From NCBI GenBank assembly GCA_035221665.1, contig CM069164.1, positions 26,970,001-27,034,000 on the forward strand: DNA of 64,000 nucleotides. The letters run 5' to 3'. Source of the DNA: Okamejei kenojei (Eukaryota). Both the position numbers and the translations under genes were made by a program. Within the stretch, counting starts at the first letter, position 1; each line of letters begins with the position of its first letter. A model generated the notes under the pieces. The model searched no databases and had not been told where the DNA came from. It saw only the letters and a list, made by a program, of their open reading frames with translations. Positions 1-13,830 of this stretch are shown here, in pieces.

Positions 1-154
1 TGTTGGCTTTTCCCTGACTCTCGGGCTGTAGAAGGGTCTCGACCCGAAACGTCACCCACTCCTTTTCTCCTGAGATGCTCTCTGATCCTTTGAGTTACTC
101 CAGCTTTTTGCGTCTATCTTCGGTTTAAACCAGCATCCGCAGTTCCTTCCTACA
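1..154 (+). mobile_element. Penelope-like terminal fragment with degenerate hammerhead motif
   Basis: ctgtagaagggtctcgacccgaaacgtcacc...gagttactccagc...gcagttccttcctacac, the same family as the copies at 45-61 kb. Confidence 0.8.
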
Positions 155-1309
155 CTCAATATATTTTAATTGTATTTCAATGGAAAATGCTACTAGTGCC
201 ATTAATTCAAACATTTAGACCTGGTTTCAAGTCATAATTAAATACGTCAATTTGTATTTTTCCATTACACGATCTGCACATAGTTTAGAAACATTATTAT
301 TTGGATTTGAAGCACAATCTGCTTGCTTGAAATATCAACTATTCTTGAAACTTATACCCTGCACCAATGCAGATTATCAAAAACATAATTTTACAAGCAA
401 TATAATTATTTCAGAAGTTATTAAATAATTGCATGTTTGACTTTTAATTAAATACTTGCCTCCTTGTTGAAAGTTAATTGTAAACCAACCTGTTATTTCA
501 TCCACTAATGCACGTGGGAAATTCTACTGGACATTTAATGTTCATAGATTTTGCAGATGCATGCAATGAAACAGGGTCAGGAATGCATTCTGTCTGTCGT
601 TTGATCTATGAATACAAACATATAAAACCACATGAAATTTAGCATTGCTGTAACAGTTTCTATGGTTAACCATGTGTCTTTCAAATGTTTTAAAAAAAAC
701 CCCAGATAGAATAATAATCCCATGAGTGAAATTTTCAAACTGAAATTTAACAATTCAAGAGGACAATTGATTAAATCTTTGGCCTCTGGTGACACATTGA
801 CATTGCCTCCACGTTGCCTAAATGAGAATGGAAAGACTTTTTCACAGGTGAAATGCCCTCTAATGTTCTGCATAAGAGTATGAACAATTTTGGTATTGTA
901 TCCAAACTGACTGAAATTGATCAGGTAATCTGATATGGGACAGAATAAACAGTTAGAATGATCAGAATACATTTTATTGTTTTTACTATTATTATTAATG
1001 TCATTGATATTATTATTACATTATTATTAATATCAACAATAATATTTTAATAATAGATATTAATTACAGACGCCGTCCATCTTGATTAAATTAATTAAAA
1101 TCTACGGGTGTTTTAGGAAAATTAAGTTGACATTTCCACTAGTCATTACATAAACCAGAATGGCAGATCCTTTTTTTCTCAAGAACAAAATCCTGAGAAG
1201 ATGTGTTTCAAATGGTTAATTTGAAAGCAAAATTGTTATTTTGTGGGAAATTCCGTCATCCCACAGCATTGTAGTTCATTACAACGTAATTGAGACAATC
1301 AAAGATTCT

Positions 1310-1443
1310 TCAGAAGAAGGGTCTTGACCCGAAACGTCACCCTGTCCCTTCTCTCCAGAGATGCTGCCTGACCTGCTGAGTTACTCCAGCTTTAATATGT
1401 CTATCTTCGGTTTAAATCAGCATCTGCAGTTCCTTCCTACACA
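1310..1443 (+). mobile_element. Penelope-like terminal fragment
   Basis: gaagaagggtcttgacccgaaacgtcacc...ctccagagatgctgcctgacctgctgagttactccagc...cctacaca. Confidence 0.8.
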
Positions 1444-1949
1444 ATTGAGACCATCAATTTGCCTATTCTTCCAATGGAGTCGCACAAAACACACGCAGAG
1501 ATGTTTTCTTGGTTTTAGTGACTCATTTGACGGCAAACACATGATCTAAACTCTGAGCTATGGCATTGCACCTGGTGCAAGACTCGATGTGTAAAATCCT
1601 GACTGAGGAAACACTCATTTATATCCAAGAATTTAACCGAACATTTCACTCTTTACATCCACATTTTCCACTCTTGTGTATTTATATGATAAATGATGAC
1701 ATCAGCCGCCTTAAAACCCAAATAGGTTTCTTCCTCCCCCAACTAAAATATAGGCATGTCTTAATTACGGCACACATACATATTGATCAACTATGAACAT
1801 TTTCTGTCCTATTTAATTCAATAGGAGATGTCGTATGGTATATTGAAGGTGTAGGTAGAATATTGCTGGCATAATATGTTAAACTATTTTAATGACACTG
1901 AAATATTCTTAGCACACATCTATTAAAATGACAGATTTTTTTAAAGTAA

Positions 1950-2042
1950 TAAGGGATTGATGCAGGAAAGCGCCGCTGAGGTAAAAGATCAGCCCTGGTC
2001 TTATTGAATAGCGAGGCATCCACAGAAGGGCCGAATGGCCTG
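1950..2042 (+). mobile_element. Degenerate CR1-like LINE 3' end
   Basis: agatcagccctggtcttattgaatagcgagg...gaagggccgaatggcct matches the reverse complement of the CR1-like tail at 53160-53250. Confidence 0.55.
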
Positions 2043-5000
2043 GGTAGGTCTTCATCAAAACAGATTTGACTATTTGCGAGTTTATTAGCAGCGAAAAGGA
2101 TATTTGTTTCGAGGTTCAACGAGGCATAGTCCAAATGAACCAACGCATATGAGGTTCAGTTCGCAATGAAGTATCGGATTTCTCCATTATGAATAAAAGT
2201 ACTGTTAAATCACCTTCTCTGTTACATAATATTGTGTGCCAGTTTTACAGCCACAGATATAGTATTTATTAAAAACATTCTGTTAAGAAATAAAACTCAC
2301 ACACCGAGATATAAATCACATTTTCTATTGAAATTGATATTGCAAAGATCTCCTATTTTCCCTTCCTTTTCACAATCTACGTTTGGAGATGCTCAATTGC
2401 AAGGGGTGTGTTTTGAGGTACAACCGTGCGTGAAAAACAACTTCGCCTGTTGTCCTTGTTCCCACATCTCTACACATGTTAAAACACAAGTTATGGAGTT
2501 TGACTCTAAATTGAAGGGTCGAAAATACGGACCTGAAAACAGCAGTTTCCAACGCAGCAAATTTACTGCCTGTCAGAGAATCAATAACTGTTCACAAAAT
2601 TCACAGCGCAGCTACATTAAAGTAACTTTTCTTTTATCTTCCCGCCAGGCGATATATTCGTCAAGTGTCTTCAGCTCCCAGCCTTCCCTTCTCAAACGCC
2701 CCAAACCCCAGCTCGCTTAAATATCAGGCGGCAATCACCAAACAATTCTAATTACTTTGAAATATCAAACTATTCCAAGTGGAGGAAACGTGATCGGGAA
2801 CTGGGCTGCAAGTTCTGAGAGAGATAGCGCGGAGAAAAATAGGTTTACAGGAGATGCGAGGAAGGTGACAGCAGGTTCTGTGAAACATCGATTACTACAT
2901 TGCATAAGTAAAGTTGATATTTTGCTTCCCACTTTACCGCCGGCTTTTATTGTGGTCCCTAAACTCTTGCCATGAAGGATATGTTATACTTTCTTCTTGC
3001 AGCGATTTCCATCACTGAAGAAGGAAAGTAGTTATACAGTACACGCATTTCTGTCGGCTGCTATTGATCATAAATCAGCGATTTGAATAATGTTCGCTTA
3101 GAATTAGTGGGTAAGCATAATATTTCAAATAGGCAGCGTAGGAGAGAGCTTCTGGTTTTCCTTTGGACATAAATGTAAAGTTTGCCTGAAATAAAAAGCC
3201 AAATGGATCCACGTTGAAAAATACACGTTTTAATTATCTAAGGAAGCTGATTCGTGCATAACATAATTTCTGATTTTGGGGAGAAGGAAAAAAAAAACTA
3301 ATTAAATCCAGTATCTGAGGACTTGAGATGTTTGATAACTAAAATCTTCATCAGCAATTTATCTTCCTGTAGCATAAATTTATTGCAAAGCTGTGCTTTC
3401 ATAGCTCTGACGAGTCCTATTAATCTTCTTCACCAAGTTTTCGATAGGAGTCCACAGCTATTTGCGCCATGTAATCCACTAACATCTAAGTTGTCATCTG
3501 GGCAGAAGGGAGATTCTACCCCAGCCTAGTTATTTTGTACAGCTCGGAAGAGAGGACACATGCAATCGAATCCCAAACCTATTCTGTTCGAAGTGGTCAG
3601 TGCTACCATTCTATCTCACCCGGAATATTTTTTTCTTATGGTAATATAAATTCCAATCATCGAGGACCAGTCTCTAAGGATTGGGGAGCCGATGTGAACA
3701 TAATTGTAGAAAATGCAACAAAACAAAAAAAAAACAACCAAAAATCATTATGAGGTGTTATGATGCCGATAATTAGTTACCATGTAACTGCAGAGCAATG
3801 TAATAAATCGCATCAATTGTAATAAATATGGAGATGGGAAGGTTTCGGCAATCAAGTTCCATGCGTTTGGATCAAGTTGTCTTTGGAGTATGAAGGAGGT
3901 GGGGACAGTCGCAGTTCTGGGTTTGCCGAGAACTGGGTATGGAAGGTGACCGAAAACTTCAGCCATTATCTTCTTCCAAAGAGCAAAACTGGGTCTTCCT
4001 TAGAGAGAGAAAAAGAGAGTTGCATTCACCAGAACGTTGTTCGGTGGCTCATAATGTGCAGTGAGGTGGGTCTGGAATCTTTCTGGGGCTTAGGATATTT
4101 TGGGAATACAGAAAGAAATACAAAACTGTAAAAATGACTGATCTTGTCTTTGCTGTGTTAATTGGTATTATGAGAACTGCTTAGCTCTGAATTATGAAAA
4201 AAAAGCATCAAACACACAATAAATGCGAGTCTTACGTTGTAACCGGATAGCAGTCATTCTAGACAGGGGATTGCCGAGCAACCCTATTGCAATGTCACGG
4301 CACGGCAGAGTCAGACTTATCTCCCACTATTATCACCCTAACAAACTACATCCACTTTGGTTGTGAAGAGAAGAGGGAAGGGGAAAGGAAGAGATAGAAA
4401 AATCCTGGCGCTCTGCCTAAAGAGAAATCATTGAAACAAATTAATCCTTCGCCGGTTAAATTGACACGGCAATCCATCATTGCTGAGCCAAACCTCTGAA
4501 AGCAATCTACTGGCTCCGTGTACTCAGATTGGCCCTGGGGGCAGAGAGACAGATAGGGAAGGTGAGGGGGGTGGGGAGGAGAGGGTCTAACCTACACCTT
4601 TAAATGAACAACAAAGTGTTTATGGAAGGAATGCAAAAAACAAAACCCACACAAACACACACACACACACGCGAGAAACGTGAAAGTTAAAGCATCCAAG
4701 CCGGTGACGATTGACAGTTAAAACTACAGCGATTTGAAGAAATTCAAAGCAGATATCAGGTGAAAACGGCCACTACACCTTAAATAAACAATGTGGTTAT
4801 TGGGTTAAAAATAAATGCACATTGTCCCAGATCTTGCGGATTAGTAAAACAGAATTTAAAGAAAGAGACCAACATTTGGATTCAGGTTTAACACATGCCG
4901 CAATAGAAGAATGGCGAAACCGTGTCTTGGGATGGACAATGGAAGACTGAGTTATCAATGAGATGAAAAGTGATGCAGGCAAGGGGAGAGAGTCCCACTG

Positions 5001-8000
5001 ATTGAGTAATGAATGGGAGGGATATATTCATTGCACCATTATTGCTAGTCGTATTGAAAGTGGGGAGAGTGGGGCAAACGAGAGACTGATGACTTATTTA
5101 ATACTTCACTGAGATCTGAATTCTCGGTTAATACAATGTTGGGTTTTGAGGGGGAGAAAGAAAAGTTGCATGAGAGATGGCTGAGAGCGAGAGATGAGTA
5201 AAATTGTTCGACGCACAGCTATCCGGGGATACACGAAAACCCCATACCGATACATTAAGAGCAAAAACACTGTTGAAACATGGCGTTTCCCCAATAATTA
5301 AAGTGGACAGTGACAAATTGGTTTACATCGGTAACACAAATCGTGTCTGCAGTAGTTTAGAAGCAACTAGGAAAGTTAAAGAAAAGGTTTTGCAGGAGTA
5401 TTTTTTTTAAAGTTTGCTGTGTTGATTCACGCAATGCGAGTTACCATTGTCAAGATGTGAATAGTCTGGATAGGCACTCACTGCACAAATATACTAATTT
5501 TATCTTCTTTACTCAAACCTATCCTCAGTCCTCAGAATATATATCACTTTGTTAACCAAACTCTCACTTTCCTCTGCCGCAAATCATTTTTCTGACAATC
5601 CCCGCTGACAGCCCTTGTTTACTGTTTGTTTCTTGTGTCTTTATGTATCGATCACATTCCCCTGCTGCCTTTCAACATCATTTATTGTGGAACGTAAAAT
5701 GCGCCCTGCGTGTGTTGGGCTGTGTTTATACGTTCGGGATGGGATTGAATTAAGAACAATCACCAACTATTACCAATATTTATATTACCAATATATATAG
5801 CAATATATATACACACACACATATATATATATATATTGTTATGTATGGTGGGGAGGTTTCTTTTAAAAAAAAAGTGGACTCTGAAAATGAAGTACAATAA
5901 ATCGTGGGGAGACGAGGGGAGGGGTGTCGGGGTGCAAGAGAGAGGAGGGTTTCTTGTGAATTTAGTTGTTGCAAAAACAATGCAGTAAAAACTTAATAAC
6001 TTTAACAACCTGGGAGTTTACATGAGCTCATGCACAATAAACTATGACCGAAACTCCAATTGCAATATGATCCTTCAGTTTTAAACATATCAGTTAATCC
6101 TATATTTTCCCAATAAACCATACCTCAAAGAAGATTATGATGAGAGACCACCACTGGTTCTCTATCAGACATCCAGTTAAACATCAATCAGATTCTAGCT
6201 ACATTCTCGCTTACTCTAAATCTTTCCGCCCAGCCTTCAAACTCGATCAGTTTATTTTTAGCGTGTTCATTAGCCTGGTTAATCTTTGTTATATCTTGGG
6301 TCTGGATGGGTTAATCGGGGCAGCAGCGTGAGGCCCGGGGTCAGAGGTGCCTATCCTAGCCTTGGCGCGGGACTGCTCGCTGGAAGGTGAGAGGAAACGC
6401 ATTTTCCCTCTCACACAAAACGCACACACCATCATCCTCTTCCACCTGCAGCTCGCACTTTATCTCCAGGGAGTGCAAAACAGGAGATGACACTCTGCAA
6501 ATCGCTAATTAGACTTTCCCAGATACCTCGGGATGCAGTTTGCCTTTTTGCTTGTATACAGCTTTACAGCTAAATATAGACGGAATCTCAATTTGCTTAA
6601 AATGTTGTCTGGATTTGCTTCAGCAGTCATGTCGGGTTTTTTTTCTAAAGTGTTTATGTTTACATCAATGTTGTGACACTTAGTATTTATCCGTGGAATG
6701 CGTTGGAATGTATGGATATACTGTATTCATATAGGGCTGTATATAATGGGTCGTGCATCCATTCTATTCGTTTTGCAACAGCATTCAAGGCAAACGAGTT
6801 AGATGTTCAAATCCCCGAATCTTCCATGCACGTCTCGTCCCTCGCCATCTCTTTCCTGCCTTTCCATAATTTTATAATATAGTCTTAGTTTTATCCCTGG
6901 TCCGCCACCTCACCCCCACAGTCAAGAATCGCTTCCTAATCAGTGTCTATTGATTTCCGCACCTCTTTTTATCCTGTTATCCCCACATCTGAAACATGTC
7001 TTTTAAAACCTCTCTTTACACACAATGATTTACCCCTTTGCTTCGTTCTCACCAGCGAAAAACAATCGATATGCCCGTGTTATTTGTGTGTGATCAGTAA
7101 ATATTTAGTGTGGTGACATCTTCAGCATCCCTCCCAATCGATACAAGACCCAATAGGCGGCATGTTGTAATATGTAGACAACCATTGTCTACTGTTCTCT
7201 ACGGTGTACCTTTCAAGCCTTTTTCTTTCTTTCTGTTCCTCGGTTAAGATCAATTTCTTCTCGCCTCAACCCCTGAGTCACGCCAATAAACCTTCAGTGC
7301 GACACGATATATAATAAACCGTTTGTCTTGTTATCATCAACTTTGTAGTCATGAAAAAAAATGTGAGCATCTTATCAAAGCGACACTATACATTACTACC
7401 TATTAGTTTTATCCAAGTGCCTATTGGTAATGATCCCAATTTTAGTGGCGCCCTGCACTCCAAGATCTATGCATTGGCCAATAAATAAAATTGCCTAGAG
7501 TTTATTTCTGCCAGTGCTGCATTTGGCTATTATAATTGTTTATTTACGAAAGGTAACTTTTCACTATTGAACATTTCGCTAGTGAATAAAGTTCGCACAT
7601 CTGTCATTATTTTGACTGCTGAAAATCATCTTAGGAATTAAAGAGATATTATTTCAAATCCACTGCAGCGCTGTTAGTGTTGTTTTTTTATTGTCAAGCA
7701 GCCCTGGTGTGCTCTCTCATTGGCAACTACATTAAATTATTGAATGTCTCACATGTTGCGCCCGATTCCATACAATCAGTCGCTGTTGACTTTTTGTAAA
7801 AATTAAAGTATTAACTCAATATATTTAACATTATGTTTGCCTCAAACGAACCGTTTTGGTTACATTAAATACATTCTAGCTTCGTATTAAAGAAATAATA
7901 CGTTTCACGTATTAATTGGCCTTATCACAATCTAACCTCAAGTCAATGAAAAAATTCAGTGTCACACACATTTAACACAGTTAGGTATAGAGACAGGAAA

Positions 8001-9273
8001 CACCTTCAAACTAAGCAGTGGTCATATTATCAACAATTAAACCCAGTGTTCCATATTAACGATAAGATTTATATTCAATATACTTTAAATTGTTCCTCTT
8101 CGTTTGACAATTTCATCCTCTGAACACACCAATATTAGTTTTTAAAAGCACCGTGCTGTCCGTATATGCTATAGGTATATAATAATGTCCAGCAGAAATG
8201 GCTATGTGATGGGTGGCTTGAGATATCTATTGTGCCATTGGAAGTGGCTGTGTGGAAAAGTGGTGGAGCGGCTAATACTGGCAAGATTTGGAAGTGCACA
8301 TGTACTTAATGGTTTAATTGCAACCCCAGAATACGGAGGGTGAGCCGCAATCAGGCCAGAAATGTTGCACAAGATTTTTCTCTTGAAAGAGCGTCTATGT
8401 GTCCATTGAAGGGCGCTGATCCGAAAAGACAGAGGGGACAAATAAAAATCGATCTGAAGCGACCCTGGCCGTCCTTTTCACACGACTCACACACAATCCC
8501 CTCTCAACTCGGCCAAGACAAAGGCCTGGGGCTGGAAGGATTCTCCACCAGCTACAGATACCCTTTTGGAAAACACGGAGATAATTTTACACTGGACACA
8601 AACCATCACCAGATCTCGTCAAATCTCAAATAATTATTTACTCTTCTGCAAGCCGTTGATGGGGTAGGGCGGGGTGTTAAAATTTTTGGGAGAATGGCTC
8701 ATTTTTATACCCCGAGTCTGAAACAACTTCATAGGAGAAACATAGCAGGAATAAATTAACTTTGACATAAAGTTCACTAAACTCCAGAAACCACACAAAT
8801 CAGCCACTATAGGCGACGGGTAGAGGGGGGGGGGGGGGGGGGGGGGGGGGGTGATTAGGGTGTTGATGGTAATTTAATGTTTTTTATTCCCTCCTCTCCT
8901 TGCCTTATTGAAATAGTCGCAGCGTATTTCTTGTTTTTAACTGAGACATGTACGTTTGGCCTTCCATCACCTTCAACCCCCCCCACCCCCCCTTCACCCT
9001 CCCCACACCCAACCCACCACCCCCCCCCCCCCCAAAAAAAAAGACCATATATTGGAAACTTTTACAACCCCGAACTGACCAGAGCAAAGGAGCGAATTTG
9101 CGCAGGAGATTGGTATTAGTGGCTCGGGGGTTTAAAAGGCGCGCATCGCATTCCACTGCACTTTTCCGCAGTTCAGCGATTATCGATAGGCCCATAAAGT
9201 TTAAACGTAAAGACTGAGCGAAAGTTAAATTGCAAATCGAAAGTACTTCCCTGCATTTTCTGAATATTTATAT

Positions 9274-9276
<3 letters not shown>

Positions 9277-9314
<38 letters not shown>

Positions 9315-9320
9315 TCTCTC
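9277..9320. repeat. (TC)n microsatellite
   Basis: Direct observation. Confidence 0.95.
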
Positions 9321-9556
9321 GCCAAAGGCAACCTTGTTTTTATTTATCAGTTTACACTATCGGTCGTGCAAACAGATGACGGTCGATTAAATGAATGATT
9401 CTCTTCAATAGGCAAATTGATCAGGTGAGGAGGAGACTAGCCCTCCTTCAGTTCACCTGCCAGAAAAAACAAGATTCATCTCACTCAGTACTTTCCAACG
9501 CGGTTCCGCCAAGATTCACAACTTCCTGTGTCCAGCGCAGTCTCCAATCCTTCACG

Positions 9557-9608
9557 ATGCAAATAATTTCGGACACTGAACAAAGACAGTTGCAAGCAAT
9601 GATGTTTG
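9557..9608 (+). CDS. NR2F2: Candidate alternative first coding exon of a DBD-less NR2F2 isoform (MQIISDTEQRQLQAMMF)
   Basis: ATG in acgATG context; TTTG|GTATGT donor in phase 1, compatible with exon 2; aligns with the recalled human isoform b N-terminus MQAVWDLEQGKYGF. Confidence 0.7.
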
Positions 9609-12600
9609 GTATGTTTTTTTAATAAATATATATGTACTTTTGTTTACTTAATCGAGGGGGGAATACGCTTTTCTTGCTCAAAAACATTATCGTTCTTAAA
9701 CACCTGTGTTAATTAATCTATATTATTTTGACACGAAGCAGGTTTTGAATTTCGACCCATACTTGTAATCTGTGGCCTATTGAATATCAGTTAAAACAAT
9801 TAAAGTTTTGCTTTAATTATTTCTAGGTGTAATGGCAAAAAATCATTAAATCAAGGTCGGGTTCTCTTTCTGACTATTTTGATAATCCAACGCTCCGTTC
9901 TTATGCTCCGGGTAGTTTAGTTAATATACGTGTTTCCAAATGGATAGCACCGGTCGGAGATCCAATTGAACAGTGAATGGGTTACAGTGCCGCACGACAG
10001 TGTAATATTGGGAAATATGCAAAATAACCGGCAGAAATAAGCATACTCGCCAACCCCGAAATAAACCAAGGGGTTGGAATCTTTCTAAACCCGGCTCCAG
10101 TCGTTTACGCAAAAATCCAGCGCCTCTAACCCCGTGTTTCAATGAATTAGATTTGTTTTTCAATCATTGCTAAATTGCTGTGTAATAGTGGTTTGATTTA
10201 CAACGTTGAATATCGCCAGCGAGCTCATTAAAAACAACTTTTCTCTCAATATAAGAAATAAGAACTGAATCGTCGCAATATCTATCAAGTAAAACGTTGC
10301 TACAATCAACAGATTTAATTTGAACTGTGTATTAGAAATTGGTACTCACCGTTTTAATCTAGATCCAGATACTCATCTGATGATTTTTGTGTGGGAAATG
10401 TATATTTATTTATTTGAGGGGCGAAGGAGCCGGCATCATTTTGGCTTGGCTTTACTGTTTTAGATGAACCGTTTTTAGAAGGGGGAAAAAAGTCAATTAG
10501 CAATCGGTTGTTTTGGGAATAAGACCAATTCCTGGCACTTAAGTCAACCCAAGCGTAGAGGCAGATCTACACAAAACAAAGCGACGGAGATCACGCAGAC
10601 CCGCTCAGCAACGTCCGAATCAATTAGAGAAAAATCCTAAAGAATTAATCATATTAAAGGTGCAGAAGTTTTTTTTCGGGGTATAAAGGACGTGTTGTGA
10701 GCGAGGAGGCGCCGCGATCGCTTTGAATGGCTGTTCAGCTCCGGACTTCTATAGCGACACTCCATACGCTAGGTGGCAGCCGGATACTGTACAAGATTTT
10801 GACAAATTCTCCAGCATATGCTGCGATTTAACACTGTAAATTTTTCAGAAGCCCGCTGCACTGACAGCTCCCGGCGGTTATCAAAGTGCCACAAGTCACC
10901 GCTTAAAAACTGCAATGACTTTGAGATCACCGGGACACAATGGGAGCCACTTTTCCCCTATTCATTGTGTTGAGATGTAGAGAGAGAGGGCGAGGGAGGG
11001 TGGGAGAGGGGGAGAGAGCAAGAGAGAGGGGGGGATAGGGTGAATTCACAGGGAACTCAAATTCAATAGATTTAGCTGGTTATCAGAGAACAACTGGACA
11101 ATAAGTGGTATCTAGTTCGTGGTAGAAATAGGTTTCAATAAATATGCCACAGTTGGCATGCAACACAATATTAATTTACCAAAATCCTGTACACCTTCAT
11201 CCCTTAGAAACTATTTAAACTCCACTGATTAGTTTCTGATTGTCTCTTTAGTTTGGTGTCGGAACAACTCAAACTTACTTTTGACAGTATAATATAAAGT
11301 GTATCCTTACTGTCTTATTAAAAATACTAAATCACGATTCAATTTTATACCAGAAAACGTGTTTCAAACTTTTGCCTGCACCTCTTAAATGAGCGCTTAG
11401 CAACACGCATCCTTGGCTGGATAACGTTGATACGCTGGAGTTTAATTACTAACAAAATATCTTAATTTCCTATTTCCCCAAACTAACCGCCCAGTGCACT
11501 CCAGTCTATCAACTATCTGCTCAAATTAAATTAATAATTTTGCCAGGCCGATGAAGTTAAAACCACGCGTACATGTTCCTGTAAGTTGCAACATATATGG
11601 TGTCGGACCGCTTAACGGGAGGGTTTGTGTTCGTGTCTTTACCGACCCAAGTCTTTACCGACCAAACATTTTATCACACGCCAGTATTCGCTGGGAGGCT
11701 ACAGTGGTTACTGTACCCACATATTATGTGCATTCGGGTAGATATGTGATAGATGAGGAGAGGAGAGAAGAAAATTGTACCTCCCTCCAAGTAACGGTAT
11801 TTAACATTCTACCCATTGGACTTCAAAGTAAACACCTGTTTAATGCAATGTCCCCATGTGTGTGCGTTATATCCTTGGACGGGTATAATTTCTTATTTTA
11901 TACATTAACCGCGTAACAATGCGAGAGCATCGACAGGGGTGAGAATTTCTGAATATTCTCGGTAATACATACGATGATATCAATTTTGAACGGAAATATC
12001 AAGGGTAAAGGATGCATCTGACATGTGTTTTAAAGTGTGTGTGTATTAAATTGTATACTTTTTTTTAAATTAAAGTACCGTGAAATGTGAACATACAATT
12101 GGGCGCGAGCGGATTCTTGATAGCACCGAGCGTCCGACAATAATGTATTTTCCTTCATACATACCAATTCAATTACATGCAGTTATTTAGTATACTATAT
12201 AATTTTTCGGGAAGTATTAATTGCTGCATTAAAATATTGCTTATAAGACGACTGGACTCTCCAAAAACCATTGCATTTACGTGAATTTGAATATTCCTCA
12301 CGAGAATATTAGTCAATTCTGCTAGTTCATTCGAGTTAACTCTAGTTGCATTGCCAAGAGAGTAGCCCTATTTGTCCAGGATGACCACTGTACCTAATGT
12401 GACATCAATGAGAATGTCTATTTTTCCCCAAAATAAACACATGATACATTAAAATCCATTAATATTGGGAGACTAGGAAGAAAATCATATCGGAACAACT
12501 CAATTCTGAAGCATCGTCCGTCTTCCTTGTAGTTTCGGGCGTGTTGATGTATAACCACATTTCCTCATGTCTATATCAGTCTTCCTATATGTTACAATGC

Positions 12601-13584
12601 ATTTAGCTGATCAGTTATACGCATACTTCAAAGCTCTTTTTCACTCTTTAGTATTTCAAAGTTAACGCATTATTTATCCGAATTAATAATGGTTCATCAG
12701 ATGAATGAGATTCTCTCGAGTATTCATGGTTTTTTTTTCCAAGGCTAGTCACCTTGTCGAACGCACAGAAACAATTCTTTTCCATAAACTGACCGCAGCT
12801 GATTTCTGACATTATTTCACTTCGTTGCATTTGGCCGCATTTATTAAGTTTCCTAAAAAAAATCTAGCTAGCGTTAGGATGTCCCAACTCATACAATAGC
12901 AATCGTCGCTAACGTTACATCTTCAGCGTAAACTTCGGCCTCTGATTAAAAAAAATGATGCGGTTTTCTGTAATAATTTTGTCTTGCCGGACCTTACACA
13001 TTTGCAGCAATAGGCTTATCATAGAATCCCACAACATTGTATACACATAGTAGGCATATTGCAAACTCTGGAGTAATAATAACGCCAAATATACCCTTCA
13101 TATTTCAAAATTCCACCCTCACAAGGCGCGCTTGCATATATGATTGTAATTGGGAATATTCAATGTCTGCTGTTGCATGAGTTTTCTGTTGTTTTTAAAT
13201 TTAATTTCCTTTATTAGTTGATTTAATATAATCTGTGTATTAATTTGTATCTGTGGGTAGCCCATTTGAGAAAGTTGCATTTATTAAAGAAAAATCTACC
13301 GTCGCACCCATCAAAAAAACCATCTTTGAAAATGTATTTTTAATGAAAAGAAAAAAAGTGAGGGGAGGTATGGGGGTGTCTGAGGCGTGGAGTGTGGGGG
13401 GGGGGGGGGGGGAGAAGAGGCTTTTTTATTTGGGGGGGGGGAAACTAATTTTTCAAAGTGGACCCTCTGCGCATGGATTTCATGTAAATTTGCTGGCGGC
13501 CAGGATGTGTTAGATAATATGGAAGGTGCCCATCCAATGCGGTGCAGGGGGCGTGCTACAAGTTCCAGCCCCTCGAACCTAAAG

Positions 13585-13830
13585 CTCTGACCAGTCGGCT
13601 TTGATTGTCAGTCGCCAGAAGCCGGCGCTTGGCTCCGTCACTCGGCAGCGCCTTATAAGGAAATCATCTCCATAGAAACGTGTCAGTTTGAATAGTCGTG
13701 TCAAAGTTCACTATATACAGCCATCCGCGCAGATTCCCCCTTTCAGAAAAATTACTCCGCAAGCTCGCTCGTTCAAATCGGATTCACTTCCAACCCCTTT
13801 TGCATATTTGATCAGTTTGATTATCTCCTC
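13585..13830 (+). promoter_or_regulatory. NR2F2 main promoter and 5' block
   Basis: CCTTATAAGG CArG palindrome 13651-13660; X-box-like ATCTCCATAGAAAC 13666-13679; DR1 GTGTCA-A-AGTTCA 13698-13710 followed by CTATATA; resembles the recalled mammalian COUP-TF promoter. Confidence 0.75.

Noticed and set aside
2232-2720. 162-aa ORF, and the 131-aa ORF at 577-972
   Set aside because: No recognisable domain or exon structure; the first has a non-ATG start; lengths are compatible with chance.
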